A stretch of 64,000 nucleotides of DNA from an uncultured Alphaproteobacteria bacterium (GCA_947085295.1 CAMTVX010000005.1:2149-66148), one strand, 5' to 3'. Shown: positions 42,398 to 53,251, counted from the stretch's first letter. Numbers and translations: made by a program. The notes: generated from the letters alone by a model not told the origin.

Positions 42398-43144
42398 TCA
42401 AACCGCAAGTTGCTCCATTACTGCATCATCGATTTCATAATTGGCATAGATGTTCTGTACATCATCGCTTTCATCAATTGCGCTGAGCATTTTCAACAGG
42501 CCCGGCGCATCTTCAGCCCCTACGGGCACGGTGAGATTTGGCTTCCAGATCAGCGCGGTTGACTGGGCTGTGCCGAATCGCTTTTCCAGCGCCGCCGCCA
42601 CCTCATGCAGTGCCGCAGGTTCGCAGGTAATCTGATGTCCGTCCGGACCACTGACACAGTCATCTGCGCCCGCGTCAATCACCGCCTCCAGCATGGTGTC
42701 GGCATCAGCCACGCCAGCCGGATACTGAATGCTGCCAACGCGGTCAAACTGATAGGAAACACTACCGGTCTCGCCCAGATTACCGCCATTTTTCAGAAAC
42801 GCAGAACGCACCTCGCCGGCCGTGCGGTTGCGGTTATCCGTCATGGCCTCGACAATGACCGACACACCACCGGGGCCAAACCCCTCATAGCGTATTTCTT
42901 CAAGGCTGGCGGCATCCGCCCCCTGAGATTTCTGGATGGCACGTTCTATATTATCTTTGGGCATGTTTTCGGCGCGTGCCGCCGCGATCGCCGTACGCAG
43001 ACGCGGATTGGCGTCTGGATCAGGCAGCCCGGACTTGGCCGCAACCGTAATTTCGCGCCCCAGACGCGAGAAAATCCGCGCGCGCTTCTTATCCTGTGCG
43101 CCTTTGCGGAACATGATGTTCTTAAATTGGGAATGGCCTGCCAT
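42398..43144 (-). CDS. yebC: YebC/PmpR family DNA-binding transcriptional regulator
   Basis: 248 aa beginning [32 protein letters not shown], the conserved N-terminus of this family. Confidence 0.85.
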   Translation of the reverse strand: MAGHSQFKNIMFRKGAQDKKRARIFSRLGREITVAAKSGLPDPDANPRLRTAIAAARAENMPKDNIERAIQKSQGADAASLEEIRYEGFGPGGVSVIVEAMTDNRNRTAGEVRSAFLKNGGNLGETGSVSYQFDRVGSIQYPAGVADADTMLEAVIDAGADDCVSGPDGHQITCEPAALHEVAAALEKRFGTAQSTALIWKPNLTVPVGAEDAPGLLKMLSAIDESDDVQNIYANYEIDDAVMEQLAV

Positions 43145-43319
43145 TTCCTGCTTCCACTTACCTTTATTGTCAGTTTTTTACGGCACATTAACCAGCCGCT
43201 AAGATTTATCTTGTATCAAATAACACAGGGGAAAAATACTGCATCCGTGAAGCAAGAATATCTGGAAAAACACGTATGCATATACGTCCGTAGTGTGCAC
43301 AACTCAATCAGAGGGCGAA

Positions 43320-44579
43320 ATGCTTAAATTTGGCAATAAAAAATCTACCGCTCAACAAGCCGCAGCAGCAGAGGCCGCTACAGACAGGGTAAACCTCGAA
43401 CATTTTACGGCGGTAGTGAATGCCCTACCCGTAAGTGTCATGGTTCTGAACCTGCAGGATGCGACGATTAAATATGTAAACCCCTATGGCCTCGAGGCAA
43501 TGCGCCTTGTGCGCGCGGGCCTTCCGGCTAATTTCAGTACGGAACAGATGGTTGGGCAGAAAATTGATTTCTTGCAGACCAAACCTGCCTTGACAGCCTC
43601 TTTCCTGTCCGATCCGTCAAACTTCCCTGTCGAAGTGGAAAGCAAGGTAGGCACCGATGTCGTTAGGCTAAAGCTGGCGTCGATGCGCGATGCCGCCGGA
43701 AAACATAACGGTGTCATCCTTACCTGGCGTATTGTCAGCCGCAATCTTCAGGCCATAGCTGATTTTCGTAAGAAACTGCATGACTCTCTGGCTGAAGTAT
43801 CCGACGCCACACTGGACATTATGACAGCGGCAGGCCAGGTCAGTGGGCTGTCTCAGAAGTCCAACACCCAGGTCGAGCATGCCCGCCACAGCGCCATTGA
43901 AACATCGACCAATGTGCAGACCGTGGCCAGCGCCGCTGAAGAGCTGTCCAGTTCCATCATTGAAATTTCACGGCAGGTTGCAGAATCCTCGCGCATTTCC
44001 CAGGAAGCCGTGCTTGAAGCTGATCGTACCAATGCGACCGTGCAGGGCCTGGCGCAAAGCTCTGACAAGATCGGTGAAGTGGTCAATCTCATTCAGGATA
44101 TTGCCAGCCAGACCAATCTGCTGGCGCTGAACGCCACCATTGAAGCGGCCCGCGCAGGCGAAGCCGGCAAAGGCTTTGCCGTGGTTGCCTCGGAAGTAAA
44201 AAATCTGGCCAACCAGACCGCCAAGGCGACCGAAGAAATCGCTGCCCAGATCAATGAAATCCAGGCCAGCACGAGCGGCGCCGTAAAAGCCATTCAGGGT
44301 ATCGGCAAAACCATTCACCAGATCAGTGAAATTACCTCCGCAATCGCTGCCGCCGTCGAAGAGCAGGGGGCCGCAACAAGCGAGATCAGCCGCAGCGCCC
44401 AACAGGCCGCAGGTGGCACCGAAGCGCTGACCGGTGATGTGGAAACCCTATCCTCCGCAGCCATTGAAACAGGCAAAGCAGCGACCGGCGTTTCTGACGC
44501 TGGTGAGGCGCTGAAAACCAGCACACAAAAGACACGCGATGAAATCGAAAAGCTGTTGAGCGAAATCGCCAAAGCCTAG
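43320..44579 (+). CDS. Soluble (no TM helix) chemoreceptor: PAS-like sensor domain + MCP signalling domain
   Basis: A GAGGG SD lies before ATG 43320 (MLKFGNKK). The signalling hairpin [42 protein letters not shown] is almost identical to that of the 587-2767 MCP. Confidence 0.8.
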   Translation: MLKFGNKKSTAQQAAAAEAATDRVNLEHFTAVVNALPVSVMVLNLQDATIKYVNPYGLEAMRLVRAGLPANFSTEQMVGQKIDFLQTKPALTASFLSDPSNFPVEVESKVGTDVVRLKLASMRDAAGKHNGVILTWRIVSRNLQAIADFRKKLHDSLAEVSDATLDIMTAAGQVSGLSQKSNTQVEHARHSAIETSTNVQTVASAAEELSSSIIEISRQVAESSRISQEAVLEADRTNATVQGLAQSSDKIGEVVNLIQDIASQTNLLALNATIEAARAGEAGKGFAVVASEVKNLANQTAKATEEIAAQINEIQASTSGAVKAIQGIGKTIHQISEITSAIAAAVEEQGAATSEISRSAQQAAGGTEALTGDVETLSSAAIETGKAATGVSDAGEALKTSTQKTRDEIEKLLSEIAKA

Positions 44580-44599
44580 GTCGTCGCGCGCCCCTACCA

Positions 44600-44640
44600 G
44601 ACCGATCAGGCGATGCCGCCTGATCGGCTGCCTTTTTCCA
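44600..44640 (+). terminator. Rho-independent terminator of the soluble MCP gene
   Basis: An 11-bp GC-rich stem CCGATCAGGCG/CGCCTGATCGG with loop ATGC is followed by CCTTTTTCC. Confidence 0.65.
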
Positions 44641-44865
44641 AATAACAGTGAAGCCGCCACCGCGGTTGGAGTGTACAAACCCCCGGGCGCCTGTTGCTAC
44701 AGGTGGGCGCCATATATCCCAGACCACGATCCGGGACAGGGACAGCTCCCTTCGGGTGGTTTAAGGCCCCTGGGTATGTGGTCTCCTGACCAACGGGGCA
44801 GCCTCATTAATGAGTATACCACAGATCGACCTTAAATGGCCGGTTTTTTCCTAAACCAGCCTGAT

Positions 44866-44961
44866 GACTTTCTTTCGTCATTGCGAGCGAAGCGCGGCAA
44901 TCCAGAGTCCCACGCGAAGACCTGAGTTTGTGACTCTGGATTGCCGCGTCGCTACGCTCCT
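44866..44961. repeat. Nested palindromic intergenic repeat, family 1, copy 4 (96 bp)
   Basis: CGTCATTGCGAGCGAAGCGCGGCAATCCAGAGTC...GACTCTGGATTGCCGCGTCGCTACGCTCCTCGCAATGACG. Confidence 0.8.
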
Positions 44962-45007
44962 CGCAATGACGGCGGAGAGGCTGTGCTTCAATCAAATCTG
45001 AAATGCC

Positions 45008-46900
45008 CTAACGCCCTGCCCGCCCGCGCCGCCTGACGGGTTCCTGCACATTGCGGGCGAATTTTTTGGCGGCTTCCTCGTCAAACAGTTCCGCCAGCTT
45101 TTCCGTCATGGCGCCGCCCAACTGTTCCACATCAACGATGGTGACGGCGCGTTTGTAATAGCGCGTCACATCATGGCCGATGCCGATGGCCAGCAGTTCC
45201 ACGCTGGAACGCTTTTCGATCCAGCCGATAACTTCGCGCAGATGGCGTTCCAGATAATTACCGGGATTGACCGACAGGGTAGAATCATCCACGGGCGCAC
45301 CGTCTGAAATCACCATCAGAATTTTGCGCTGTTCGCGCCGCGCCATCAGCCGGTCATGCGCCCAGGTCAGCGCTTCGCCGTCGATATTTTCCTTGAGCAA
45401 CCCCTCGCGCATCATCAGGCCGAGATTTTTACGCACCCGGCGCCACGGCGCTTCTGCGCTTTTGTAAATGATGTGACGCAGATCATTCAGACGGCCGGGA
45501 CTTGGCGTCTTACCATCCGCCAGCCATTTTTCGCGCGCCTGACCACCCTTCCAGGCCCGTGTGGTAAAGCCAAGAATTTCCACCTTCACCGAACAACGCT
45601 CCAGCGTGCGCGCCAGAATATCCGCGCACATCGCCGCCACCATAATCGGGCGGCCGCGCATCGAACCGGAATTATCCAGCAGCAATGTCACCACCGTATC
45701 GCGGAACTCCATATCCAGTTCCTGCTTGAACGACAGCGCATGATAGGGATCGATAATCACGCGGGTCAGCCTTGCTGCATCCAGCATGCCTTCTTCCAGA
45801 TCGAATTCCCAGGTGCGTTCCTGCTGCGCCATCAGTTTGCGTTGCAGCCGATTGGCCAGCCGTCCAACGACACTTTGATATTGCTGCAATTGCTGATCCA
45901 GATAGGCCCGCAGGCGCGTCAATTCCTCGGCGTCACACAGTTCTTCTGCCGCGATGATCTCATCAAACGTTTCCGTATACACACGATAGCTGGGAAAACG
46001 CCGGTCGCCGCTGATTTCGGGCCGCCAGGGGCGGTTGCCATCGGGGCTTTCCTCGCTGTCCTGACCTTCGAGTTCCTCATCGGACTCCATCATCACGGTC
46101 TGGCCTTCGCCCTCTTCGCCTTCACCTTCGACATACTCTACGTCGTCGGAACTGCCTTCGGAGGAATCGCCGCTATCACCATCCTCATCATCATTCTGAT
46201 TCTGGTTATCGGAATCTTCGCCGTCTTCGTCATTGTCTTCGTTTTCGGGGCTTTCCTCGCCCAGCTCTTCGCCCAGATCAAGATCGGTGATGATCTTGCG
46301 GGTCATGCGTGCAAAACGTGCCTGATCGCCGATCATGCCATCCAGTTGCGCCAGATCCTCGCCTGCTTTTTCTTCGATGAACGGACGCCACAGCTCAACG
46401 ATGTTTGCAGCCGACGCAGGTGGTTTGATACCGGTCAGTCTTTCGCGCACGATCAGCGCCACCGCGTCCGCCAGTGGCACCTCGGACCGTTCCAGAACAT
46501 TGTTGAAACCCATTTCGGCATAGCGATGTTCCAGCGCGGCATTCAGATTTTTTGCCATGCCGCGCATTTGCCGCGCGCCGATGGATTCAACCCGCGCCTG
46601 TTCGGACGCTTCATAAATATCACGGGCCATTTCACCCATCGGTGAAAAATTCTGGTGCGTCACGCCATCATGGTGGCGCAGGCGCAGCGAATAGGCGTCG
46701 GAAAGCCCACGCAGGCGCGATACTTCGCCTGCTTGCATATCGCGCGATGGCTGTGGCAGGCGAATGGTGTCGCCCCGCACCCCCGGTGCTTCCGCCCCGA
46801 ACGTTACCTGCAATTCCGGATCTTCGGCGATGGTGCGCGCGGCAAAGGTCAAGGCCCGTTTGAATGGCTCAACCGGACTTTCCTTTGCCCCGTTACTCAT
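45008..46900 (-). CDS. cobT: CobT-family protein (aerobic cobaltochelatase subunit-like; acidic linker + C-terminal vWA domain)
   Basis: 630 aa with a poly-acidic stretch ([30 protein letters not shown]) and the vWA MIDAS motif region [11 protein letters not shown]. Confidence 0.8.
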   Translation of the reverse strand: MSNGAKESPVEPFKRALTFAARTIAEDPELQVTFGAEAPGVRGDTIRLPQPSRDMQAGEVSRLRGLSDAYSLRLRHHDGVTHQNFSPMGEMARDIYEASEQARVESIGARQMRGMAKNLNAALEHRYAEMGFNNVLERSEVPLADAVALIVRERLTGIKPPASAANIVELWRPFIEEKAGEDLAQLDGMIGDQARFARMTRKIITDLDLGEELGEESPENEDNDEDGEDSDNQNQNDDEDGDSGDSSEGSSDDVEYVEGEGEEGEGQTVMMESDEELEGQDSEESPDGNRPWRPEISGDRRFPSYRVYTETFDEIIAAEELCDAEELTRLRAYLDQQLQQYQSVVGRLANRLQRKLMAQQERTWEFDLEEGMLDAARLTRVIIDPYHALSFKQELDMEFRDTVVTLLLDNSGSMRGRPIMVAAMCADILARTLERCSVKVEILGFTTRAWKGGQAREKWLADGKTPSPGRLNDLRHIIYKSAEAPWRRVRKNLGLMMREGLLKENIDGEALTWAHDRLMARREQRKILMVISDGAPVDDSTLSVNPGNYLERHLREVIGWIEKRSSVELLAIGIGHDVTRYYKRAVTIVDVEQLGGAMTEKLAELFDEEAAKKFARNVQEPVRRRGRAGR

Positions 46901-47892
46901 TACTGAATCGCTATATTCGCTGCGGATTCGGGCAATTCCTCGCCGAAGCAGCGTTGATAGAACTCGGCAACACTGGCGCGTTCCAGCTCATCGCATTTGT
47001 TCAGAAAGGTCAGCCGGAACGCAAAGCCGACATCGTTGAAGATGCGCGCATTCTCTGCCCAGGTCAGCACGGTACGCGGGCTCATCACCGTAGACAGATC
47101 GCCGTTCATGAATGCCGAGCGGGTCATGTCCGCCACCCGCACCATATCGGAAAGCGTCTTACGGCCTTCGGCTGACTGATAGGACGGCGACTTCGACATC
47201 ACGATGGATGTTTCCATATCATGCGGCAGATAATTGAGCGTGGTCACAATATTCCAGCGGTCCATCTGCCCCTGATTGATCTGCTGCGTGCCGTGATACA
47301 GCCCCGACGTATCGCCCAGACCGATCGTATTGGTGGTCGAAAACAGCCGGAAATAGGGATGCGGGCGAATGACCCGGCTTTGATCCAGCAGCGTCAGCTT
47401 GCCATCCACTTCCAGAACGCGCTGAATAACAAACATCACATCGGGACGACCGGCATCATATTCATCGAACACCAGCGCGCAGGGGCGTTGCAGCGTCCAG
47501 GGCAGAATACCCTCGCGAAATTCGGTGACCTGTTTGCCGTCACGCAGCACGATGGCGTCCTTGCCGACCAGATCAATACGGCTGATATGGCTATCCAGAT
47601 TGACACGGATACAGGCCCAGTTGAGCCGTGCCGCCACCTGTTCGATATGTGTGGATTTGCCCGTACCGTGATAGCCCTGCACCATCACCCGGCGATTGAA
47701 CGCAAATCCGGCCAAAATCGCCAGCGTGGTTTCGCGGTCAAACACATAGGTCTTGTCAAGATCGGGCACATATTCGTTGGATGTTGAAAATGCCGGTACT
47801 TTCATATCGCTGTCGATGCCAAAAACATCGCGCACTGAAACCGTGGTGTCAGGGGCGTCAAGGGCCATTTTGCCGGTTGAGTCTACCGTCAT
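46900..47892 (-). CDS. cobS: CobS-family AAA+ ATPase (MoxR-like; aerobic cobaltochelatase subunit-like)
   Basis: The Walker A region [13 protein letters not shown] identifies it; 330 aa, adjacent to and overlapping cobT. Confidence 0.85.
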   Translation of the reverse strand: MTVDSTGKMALDAPDTTVSVRDVFGIDSDMKVPAFSTSNEYVPDLDKTYVFDRETTLAILAGFAFNRRVMVQGYHGTGKSTHIEQVAARLNWACIRVNLDSHISRIDLVGKDAIVLRDGKQVTEFREGILPWTLQRPCALVFDEYDAGRPDVMFVIQRVLEVDGKLTLLDQSRVIRPHPYFRLFSTTNTIGLGDTSGLYHGTQQINQGQMDRWNIVTTLNYLPHDMETSIVMSKSPSYQSAEGRKTLSDMVRVADMTRSAFMNGDLSTVMSPRTVLTWAENARIFNDVGFAFRLTFLNKCDELERASVAEFYQRCFGEELPESAANIAIQ

Positions 47893-47933
47893 GATTATCT
47901 TCCATACGTTAATAATGGAGCTATGGGGGCGGG

Positions 47934-48554
47934 TTACTTGATGCCGCTAGCCTTTAGCCGGGTATAGGCCTGAATGACCTGTTTTAACTGACCTTCTGTT
48001 GCCCTGTCCCCACCGTGGGCGTCGGGATGATACCGTTTCACCAATTCCTTATACCGCAGCTTGATTTCTTTCAAGGTAGCGGTTTCCTCAAGATCCATGC
48101 AAGTAAAGGCTTCACGCACCAAAGGTGGCCATTTTCGTGCCGGAGCCTGCGAGTTTCGCGCATTTCCCGGATCAGACGGATCACCTAAAAGACCAAATTT
48201 GTCACCCCGGCTCAATGCAGATTTGCCCCGCCCGGTCATACTGGTGTTGTGCAGACTGGGGTTGCCCTGTTTGGCCGACCATGTTGGCCGATGTCCGGTT
48301 ATATTGCCCTTGATGTAATGCTCAACCTCTTCAGTGCTCATGCCGGAAAAAAAGTTCCAGGTGCGGTTGTATTCCCGCACGTGATCCCCGCAAAACCAGT
48401 AATATTCGCGCAATGCCTCTGGTGATTTAGGGGCGCGATGGGGGGCGGGATCCCTGCAGCCATCCCAGTTGCAGGCATGGGTAACCGGCGCCGCCTGCCG
48501 TTCCGAACGGGGACGTATTCTGATTTTGTCGATGTCGCGTGTAAATTTCATCAA
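47934..48554 (-). CDS. J-domain protein with an N-terminal Cys/His-rich region
   Basis: A C-terminal J domain ([22 protein letters not shown]..., HPD motif) is preceded by CNWDGC...FCGDH upstream. Confidence 0.7.
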   Translation of the reverse strand: MMKFTRDIDKIRIRPRSERQAAPVTHACNWDGCRDPAPHRAPKSPEALREYYWFCGDHVREYNRTWNFFSGMSTEEVEHYIKGNITGHRPTWSAKQGNPSLHNTSMTGRGKSALSRGDKFGLLGDPSDPGNARNSQAPARKWPPLVREAFTCMDLEETATLKEIKLRYKELVKRYHPDAHGGDRATEGQLKQVIQAYTRLKASGIK

Positions 48555-48635
48555 TTTTCTATGTGTAATCCTGTACTGCTTCTTCTGAAAAAAGCCTGTA
48601 AATATACATTTTTTTCCAGGGAGACGGAAACCTAA

Positions 48636-48914
48636 ATGCGCGTTTCAGAAATAATTCGTACAAAGCTCGAACAGGGCCTTGCGCCGACATCACTTGAAAT
48701 TATTGACGAATCACACCGTCACGAAGGCCATAGCGGATCAAAACCATCGGGCGAAACGCATTTTAATGTGACAATTGTGTCGGCAGTATTCACAGGCAAA
48801 ACCCGCGTTGCGCGACACCGGATGGTATTTGATCTGCTGAAAGAGCAAATGGACAATCCGGTGCATGCGCTGGCGCTCAGTACGCTTACGCCAGAAGAGG
48901 CTGCTTCACGGTAA
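48636..48914 (+). CDS. bolA: BolA family transcriptional regulator
   Basis: 92 aa (LEIIDESHRHEGHSGS...HFNVTIVSAVFTGKTRVARHRMV), the BolA signature. Confidence 0.75.
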   Translation: MRVSEIIRTKLEQGLAPTSLEIIDESHRHEGHSGSKPSGETHFNVTIVSAVFTGKTRVARHRMVFDLLKEQMDNPVHALALSTLTPEEAASR

Positions 48915-49784
48915 TATCGCGGCAAGCAACAGTGGCAATACAACAATAGACATCAAGGTTGATTGCATGACGATGCCAGCGACTGTTTCAGGGTCTGTCT
49001 CATAACGCACCGCGAAGACATAGTTGATCACGGCGGCCGGCATTGCCGCCTGAAGCAGTAATACGCCGCGAACTGTATCGGAAAGTCCAAGCAGACCTGC
49101 AACGCCCAGACCAACGCCCAGACCCATCAGAATGCGCAGCGCGGCCAGGGCGCCACTGCGCCGTGCCGTGCCCCAGGCAATCCGCGACAGGCTGACGCCA
49201 AGCATCAACAGCATCAGTGGGATCGTAATCCCGCCCACCAGCTTCGTGGTGTTTCCAAGCCATTCCGGCACATCATAACCGCCAAACCGAAACAGTAGCG
49301 CCAGCGGTATTGCGTAGATTACCGGAGTGCGCAACATCTCGGTGGGTGAAAACTTGCCACTGTTTATCCACACACCCAGTGTCGGTTGCGCTACCGCATT
49401 GACCAGAAAAAAACCCGTGCCCAGCGCCAGCCCCTCTTCGCCAAACGCAAACAGGCAAATCGGCAGCCCCATATTTCCGCCATTGGAAAAACTCAAGGAC
49501 GGCAAATAGTGGCTTATCTTCATCCCGGACCCGCGCAGAATCACGCTGCCAATAACCAGATACATGCAAATTGACAGAATTGCGGCCTGTACGATCTGAG
49601 CCAGCGCCGCCAGTTCAACCTGCAATGTACTGAGCGTCGCAAACACCATGCACGGCATGCCGATATTCATTACCAGGCGGCTGACCATTTCAGAATCAAA
49701 ATTATAGCCGACCTTCGCCCAGGCATACCCTATGCCTGCGGTGAGAAATACGGGCGCTACAATCCCAAGCAGCTCCCCTATCAC
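48906..49784 (-). CDS. AEC (auxin efflux carrier) family transporter
   Basis: 292-aa polytopic membrane protein. It overlaps the upstream gene's stop. Confidence 0.7.
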   Translation of the reverse strand: MIGELLGIVAPVFLTAGIGYAWAKVGYNFDSEMVSRLVMNIGMPCMVFATLSTLQVELAALAQIVQAAILSICMYLVIGSVILRGSGMKISHYLPSLSFSNGGNMGLPICLFAFGEEGLALGTGFFLVNAVAQPTLGVWINSGKFSPTEMLRTPVIYAIPLALLFRFGGYDVPEWLGNTTKLVGGITIPLMLLMLGVSLSRIAWGTARRSGALAALRILMGLGVGLGVAGLLGLSDTVRGVLLLQAAMPAAVINYVFAVRYETDPETVAGIVMQSTLMSIVVLPLLLAAILP

Positions 49785-51121
49785 GAATGACTGGCCGGCT
49801 TTTGCGGGCTGTTTTCTGCGGGCGGAGTTATACGGATCGAGCTGATTGCATTTCGGCTTCGACGTAAAATCTGAAATTTGAAACCATAATAGGTGAAAAC
49901 CTGACCGGCATCGGGAATGGCCTGGGCCTCGTGAATGACCAGCCCCGCTATGGTAGTGGCCTCATCATCTGGAAGGTTCCAGTAAAACTGGCGGTTCAGA
50001 TCACGGATCGCAACTGTGCCGTCTATAATATAACTGCCATCGGATTGCACACGCACACCGCGCACCGGCGCATCATGTTCATCAGAAATTTCGCCGACGA
50101 TTTCTTCCAGAATATCCTCGAGTGTCACCAGCCCCATCAACACGCCATATTCATCCACCACCAATGCAAAATGGCTTCGCCGCGACAGAAACGCCACCAG
50201 TTGCGCCCGCAAGGTTGTGCCTTCGGGAACAAACCACGGCGCTGTCGCCAGCGACACCACATCAATGGTCTGATCGCCGGGAATATTATCGCGATGGCGC
50301 GCAGTCATTAGCCGCAGCAGATCCTTGGCATGCACGACCCCGACAATATTTTCCGGATCGCCTGACCAGAGTGGAACCCGCGTATGCGGGCTTGAAATCA
50401 CCTGCCCGATAATCTCATCCGCAGGCAGGGCGGCATCAATCATATAAATATTCTTGCGATGCACCATGATGTCATCCACCACAACCTCATCCAGATCAAG
50501 GATACCGCCGATCATATCGCGCTCGCGTTTTTTGACGGCGCCTTCGCGATGATGCAGATCAACCGCGCCACGCAATTCCTCATGCGCGGAAATCACGTCG
50601 AACGGTCGGTCGGGATCATAGCCGAACACGCGAAAAATCCCGCGCACCGTAAAGCGCACCATTGCAACCAGCGGCCGCAAAACCCAGATCACCCCCTGCA
50701 TGATCAATGAAACCGCGAGCGCCGTACGTTCCGGCTGGGTTATGGCATAGGTTTTTGGCAAAACTTCTGTGAACACCACCACCAACACCGTCATCAGAAT
50801 GGTGGCATAGGCAACACCCGCATCACCAAACAGGCCGATCAGCAGACTGGTCGCCAGCGCCGAAGCCAGAATATTGACCAGATTATTTCCCAGCAGCACG
50901 GTGCCAAGCACGCTTTCGCGATCAACCATCAGGGCCTCTGTCGCCTCTGCGCGGCGCGAACCATGTTCCGCCATCCGGTGAATGCGCGCGCGCTGCGCCG
51001 CAGTCAGCGCGGTTTCCGACGCAGAAAAGAATGCTGATAAAACCAAGAGGATCAGAATCGCGCCGATCAGAATTTCCAGCGGCAGATCGATGTCAACCTG
51101 CATCTCCATTATGGGGTTCAT
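49781..51121 (-). CDS. HlyC/CorC (CNNM) family transporter: DUF21 + CBS pair + CorC_HlyC domain
   Basis: 446 aa with an N-terminal 4-TM DUF21 domain, then CBS domains and the C-terminal transporter-associated domain. Confidence 0.8.
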   Translation of the reverse strand: MNPIMEMQVDIDLPLEILIGAILILLVLSAFFSASETALTAAQRARIHRMAEHGSRRAEATEALMVDRESVLGTVLLGNNLVNILASALATSLLIGLFGDAGVAYATILMTVLVVVFTEVLPKTYAITQPERTALAVSLIMQGVIWVLRPLVAMVRFTVRGIFRVFGYDPDRPFDVISAHEELRGAVDLHHREGAVKKRERDMIGGILDLDEVVVDDIMVHRKNIYMIDAALPADEIIGQVISSPHTRVPLWSGDPENIVGVVHAKDLLRLMTARHRDNIPGDQTIDVVSLATAPWFVPEGTTLRAQLVAFLSRRSHFALVVDEYGVLMGLVTLEDILEEIVGEISDEHDAPVRGVRVQSDGSYIIDGTVAIRDLNRQFYWNLPDDEATTIAGLVIHEAQAIPDAGQVFTYYGFKFQILRRSRNAISSIRITPPAENSPQKPASHS

Positions 51122-51148
51122 CTCCTCGTTAAACTATTCAGCGTTAAA

Positions 51149-52267
51149 TTATTCAGCCGATGCCTTCAACACCTGCAACACGATTTGCCTGTCCACGTCA
51201 CTGGTCATAAAGCATGCGCCGATATGCCGGGGCAGGATAAAATTTATCCGGCCACCGGCCACTTTTTTATCCTGCGCCATGTGCCCCAGCAACTTTTCCG
51301 TATTCAGCGCGCCTCCGGCAATATCTTTTATGCGGGTTGGCATGCCCATGTCTGACAGATGCCGTGCAACGCGCACCGCATCCTGCCCCGGTGCCAGACC
51401 GGTTTTTGCCGCCAGTTCAAATGCCAGGCACATGCCAATTGCCACACCTTCGCCATGCAGCAGCCTGTCGCTGTAACCCGTTTCCGCCTCCAGCGCATGC
51501 CCGAATGTATGTCCAAGATTTAACAATGCACGCGGTCCTGATTCGCGTTCATCCTGCACCACCAGCGCGGCCTTTGCGGCGCAACTGGTCATCACTGCGC
51601 GCGTGCGCGCCGTCTGATCCCCGTCGCGGATGCTGGCCCCTGCCGCTTCCAGCCAGTTGAAAAATTCGGCATCGCCGATCAGCCCATATTTAACAACTTC
51701 GGCATAGCCAGCCAGCAATTCGCGTTTGGGCAGTGTATCGAGCAGTGCCACATCGGCGATCACCATGCGCGGCTGATGGAACGCGCCAATCAGATTTTTG
51801 CCATAGCGATTATTGATGCCGGTTTTTCCGCCCACGGATGAATCCACCTGCGCCAGCAATGTTGTCGGAATTTGCGCAAAATCCACGCCCCGGCGCAACA
51901 CCGCCGCTGCAAAGCCTGTCAGATCACCAATGACCCCGCCACCAAATGCCAGCAGCAAATCGCCACGCTCAATTTTTTCCTGCAGCATCCAGTCAAGCAG
52001 CGCTTCCAGCTCATGGAAATTTTTGCTGTGTTCGCCTGCTGCAACAATGCGGTGGCAATGAGAAATTCCGGCACTATCGAGCCCCGCTAAAAGCGCTGGC
52101 AGGTGTTGCTGCGCGACATTGCTGTCGGTCACAATGCCCACCCGCTTACGCCGCAGCATAGGTCCAATAAGGACACCGATCTGTCCAAGCAGCCCAACAC
52201 CGACGTGAATGTCATAGGCACGCTCGCCCAGGGCGACATGCACCAATTGCGCGACAGGCGCGCTCAT
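51149..52267 (-). CDS. aroB: 3-dehydroquinate synthase
   Basis: 372 aa with NAD and metal-binding motifs of the DHQS family. Confidence 0.85.
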   Translation of the reverse strand: MSAPVAQLVHVALGERAYDIHVGVGLLGQIGVLIGPMLRRKRVGIVTDSNVAQQHLPALLAGLDSAGISHCHRIVAAGEHSKNFHELEALLDWMLQEKIERGDLLLAFGGGVIGDLTGFAAAVLRRGVDFAQIPTTLLAQVDSSVGGKTGINNRYGKNLIGAFHQPRMVIADVALLDTLPKRELLAGYAEVVKYGLIGDAEFFNWLEAAGASIRDGDQTARTRAVMTSCAAKAALVVQDERESGPRALLNLGHTFGHALEAETGYSDRLLHGEGVAIGMCLAFELAAKTGLAPGQDAVRVARHLSDMGMPTRIKDIAGGALNTEKLLGHMAQDKKVAGGRINFILPRHIGACFMTSDVDRQIVLQVLKASAE

Positions 52268-52881
52268 GGCGCTGCCTCATGCGGATGCCCGAAATAAACG
52301 CAAAGTTTTTCTACAATCATATCCACAACTTCTTCATGCGGCGCTTCCACGCTGTCCACGACGATATCGGCCAGCGCATACACCGGATAGCGTTCATCGC
52401 GCAGCCGCAACATTGTCTCACGCGCGTCGCCCTGTTTGAGCAGCGGACGGTTATTGCGCCGCGCCACGCGCTTTAGCAACAGTTCCACGTCTGCACGCAG
52501 CCATATAGAAACACCGTAATGCGCAATATTTTCCCGCGTCTGTGGATCCATATAGGCACCGCCGCCGGTCGCCAGAACACCGCCCGGCGGGGTTCCCTTG
52601 CTCATATCCTGTAACAAACGCTCAATCACCTTGTTTTCGCCCCTGCGAAATGCCGGCTCGCCATGTTTTTCGAATATTTCAGGAATCGTCATGCCCGAAG
52701 CCGTTTCGATTTCCGTGTCTGTGTCCAGAAAATTCACACCCAGGCGCGCCGCAAGCCGCCGTCCAACAGTGCTTTTTCCCGCCCCCATCAAGCCGATAAG
52801 GACAATAACCCTGTCTCCTGCCGGGTTATCTATCTGGGCCGTGACGGGGGGGGCTGCGCCCTCTTCTGATTCATCTTCCAT
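52264..52881 (-). CDS. aroK: Shikimate kinase
   Basis: P-loop motif GLMGAGKSTVGRRLA. It overlaps the aroB start. Confidence 0.85.
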   Translation of the reverse strand: MEDESEEGAAPPVTAQIDNPAGDRVIVLIGLMGAGKSTVGRRLAARLGVNFLDTDTEIETASGMTIPEIFEKHGEPAFRRGENKVIERLLQDMSKGTPPGGVLATGGGAYMDPQTRENIAHYGVSIWLRADVELLLKRVARRNNRPLLKQGDARETMLRLRDERYPVYALADIVVDSVEAPHEEVVDMIVEKLCVYFGHPHEAAP

Positions 52882-53020
52882 GTCGCCAGACTATCCGAAA
52901 ATAGCCTTATTTTCTAAGCCCGATTTTCTGCCCCTGTTTTAGCGCCATTGAAAGGCCGCAATGCACCGGATAATGTCCCAATAAAGGGAGTCTCTCCTGA
53001 ATAGGGATTCGCCAGCCCAT

Positions 53021-53096
53021 TAGACCGACAAATGTCCCTTAGACCTACAAATGCCCCTTAGACCTACAAATGCCCCTTAGACCTACAAATGAAAGG
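53021..53096. repeat. Tandem direct repeat array, 19-bp unit TAGACCTACAAATGCCCCT x about 4
   Basis: The units are 53021-53039 (TAGACCGACAAATGTCCCT), 53040-53058, 53059-77 (the middle two identical) and 53078-53096 (degenerate at its 3' end). Confidence 0.85.
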
Positions 53097-53110
53097 CACA
53101 GTGCCGAACG

Positions 53111-53251
53111 ATGTCAAAGCTGCTTGGTTCCATACTGGTTTTGCTCGTCGCCATATTTATCGGCGGAGCGATTTATATTTCAATCTGGGACGTGCCACCA
53201 CCGGTGCGCACTGTCGAGAAAGTCTTGCCGGATGAAATGCTGGGCAAGTAA
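53111..53251 (+). CDS. Candidate small membrane protein (46 aa), not in the ORF track
   Basis: ATG 53111 to TAA 53249-53251 encodes MSKLLGSILVLLVAIFIGGAIYISIWDVPPPVRTVEKVLPDEMLGK, one clean TM helix. It starts 14 bp after the tandem repeat array and overlaps the start of the next gene by 20 nt. Confidence 0.3.
   Translation: MSKLLGSILVLLVAIFIGGAIYISIWDVPPPVRTVEKVLPDEMLGK

Noticed and set aside
44641-44865. 6S RNA (ssrS) call
   Set aside because: Only a short CCGCGGTTGG/ACCAAC resemblance to the central-bubble flanks was found. The closing stem that 6S RNA would need overlaps the MCP terminator. It is kept only as an unnamed sRNA candidate.
14670-48914. Two BolA-family genes (14670-14903 and 48636-48914) flagged as an unusual duplication
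   Set aside because: A BolA-like gene beside grxD plus a separate canonical bolA is a common arrangement in proteobacteria. The two are divergent paralogs, not a recent duplication.
53021-53096. Possible CRISPR array
   Set aside because: The repeats are 19 bp and directly abutting with no spacers, and there are only about 4 units. There are no cas genes in the window. It is a simple tandem repeat.
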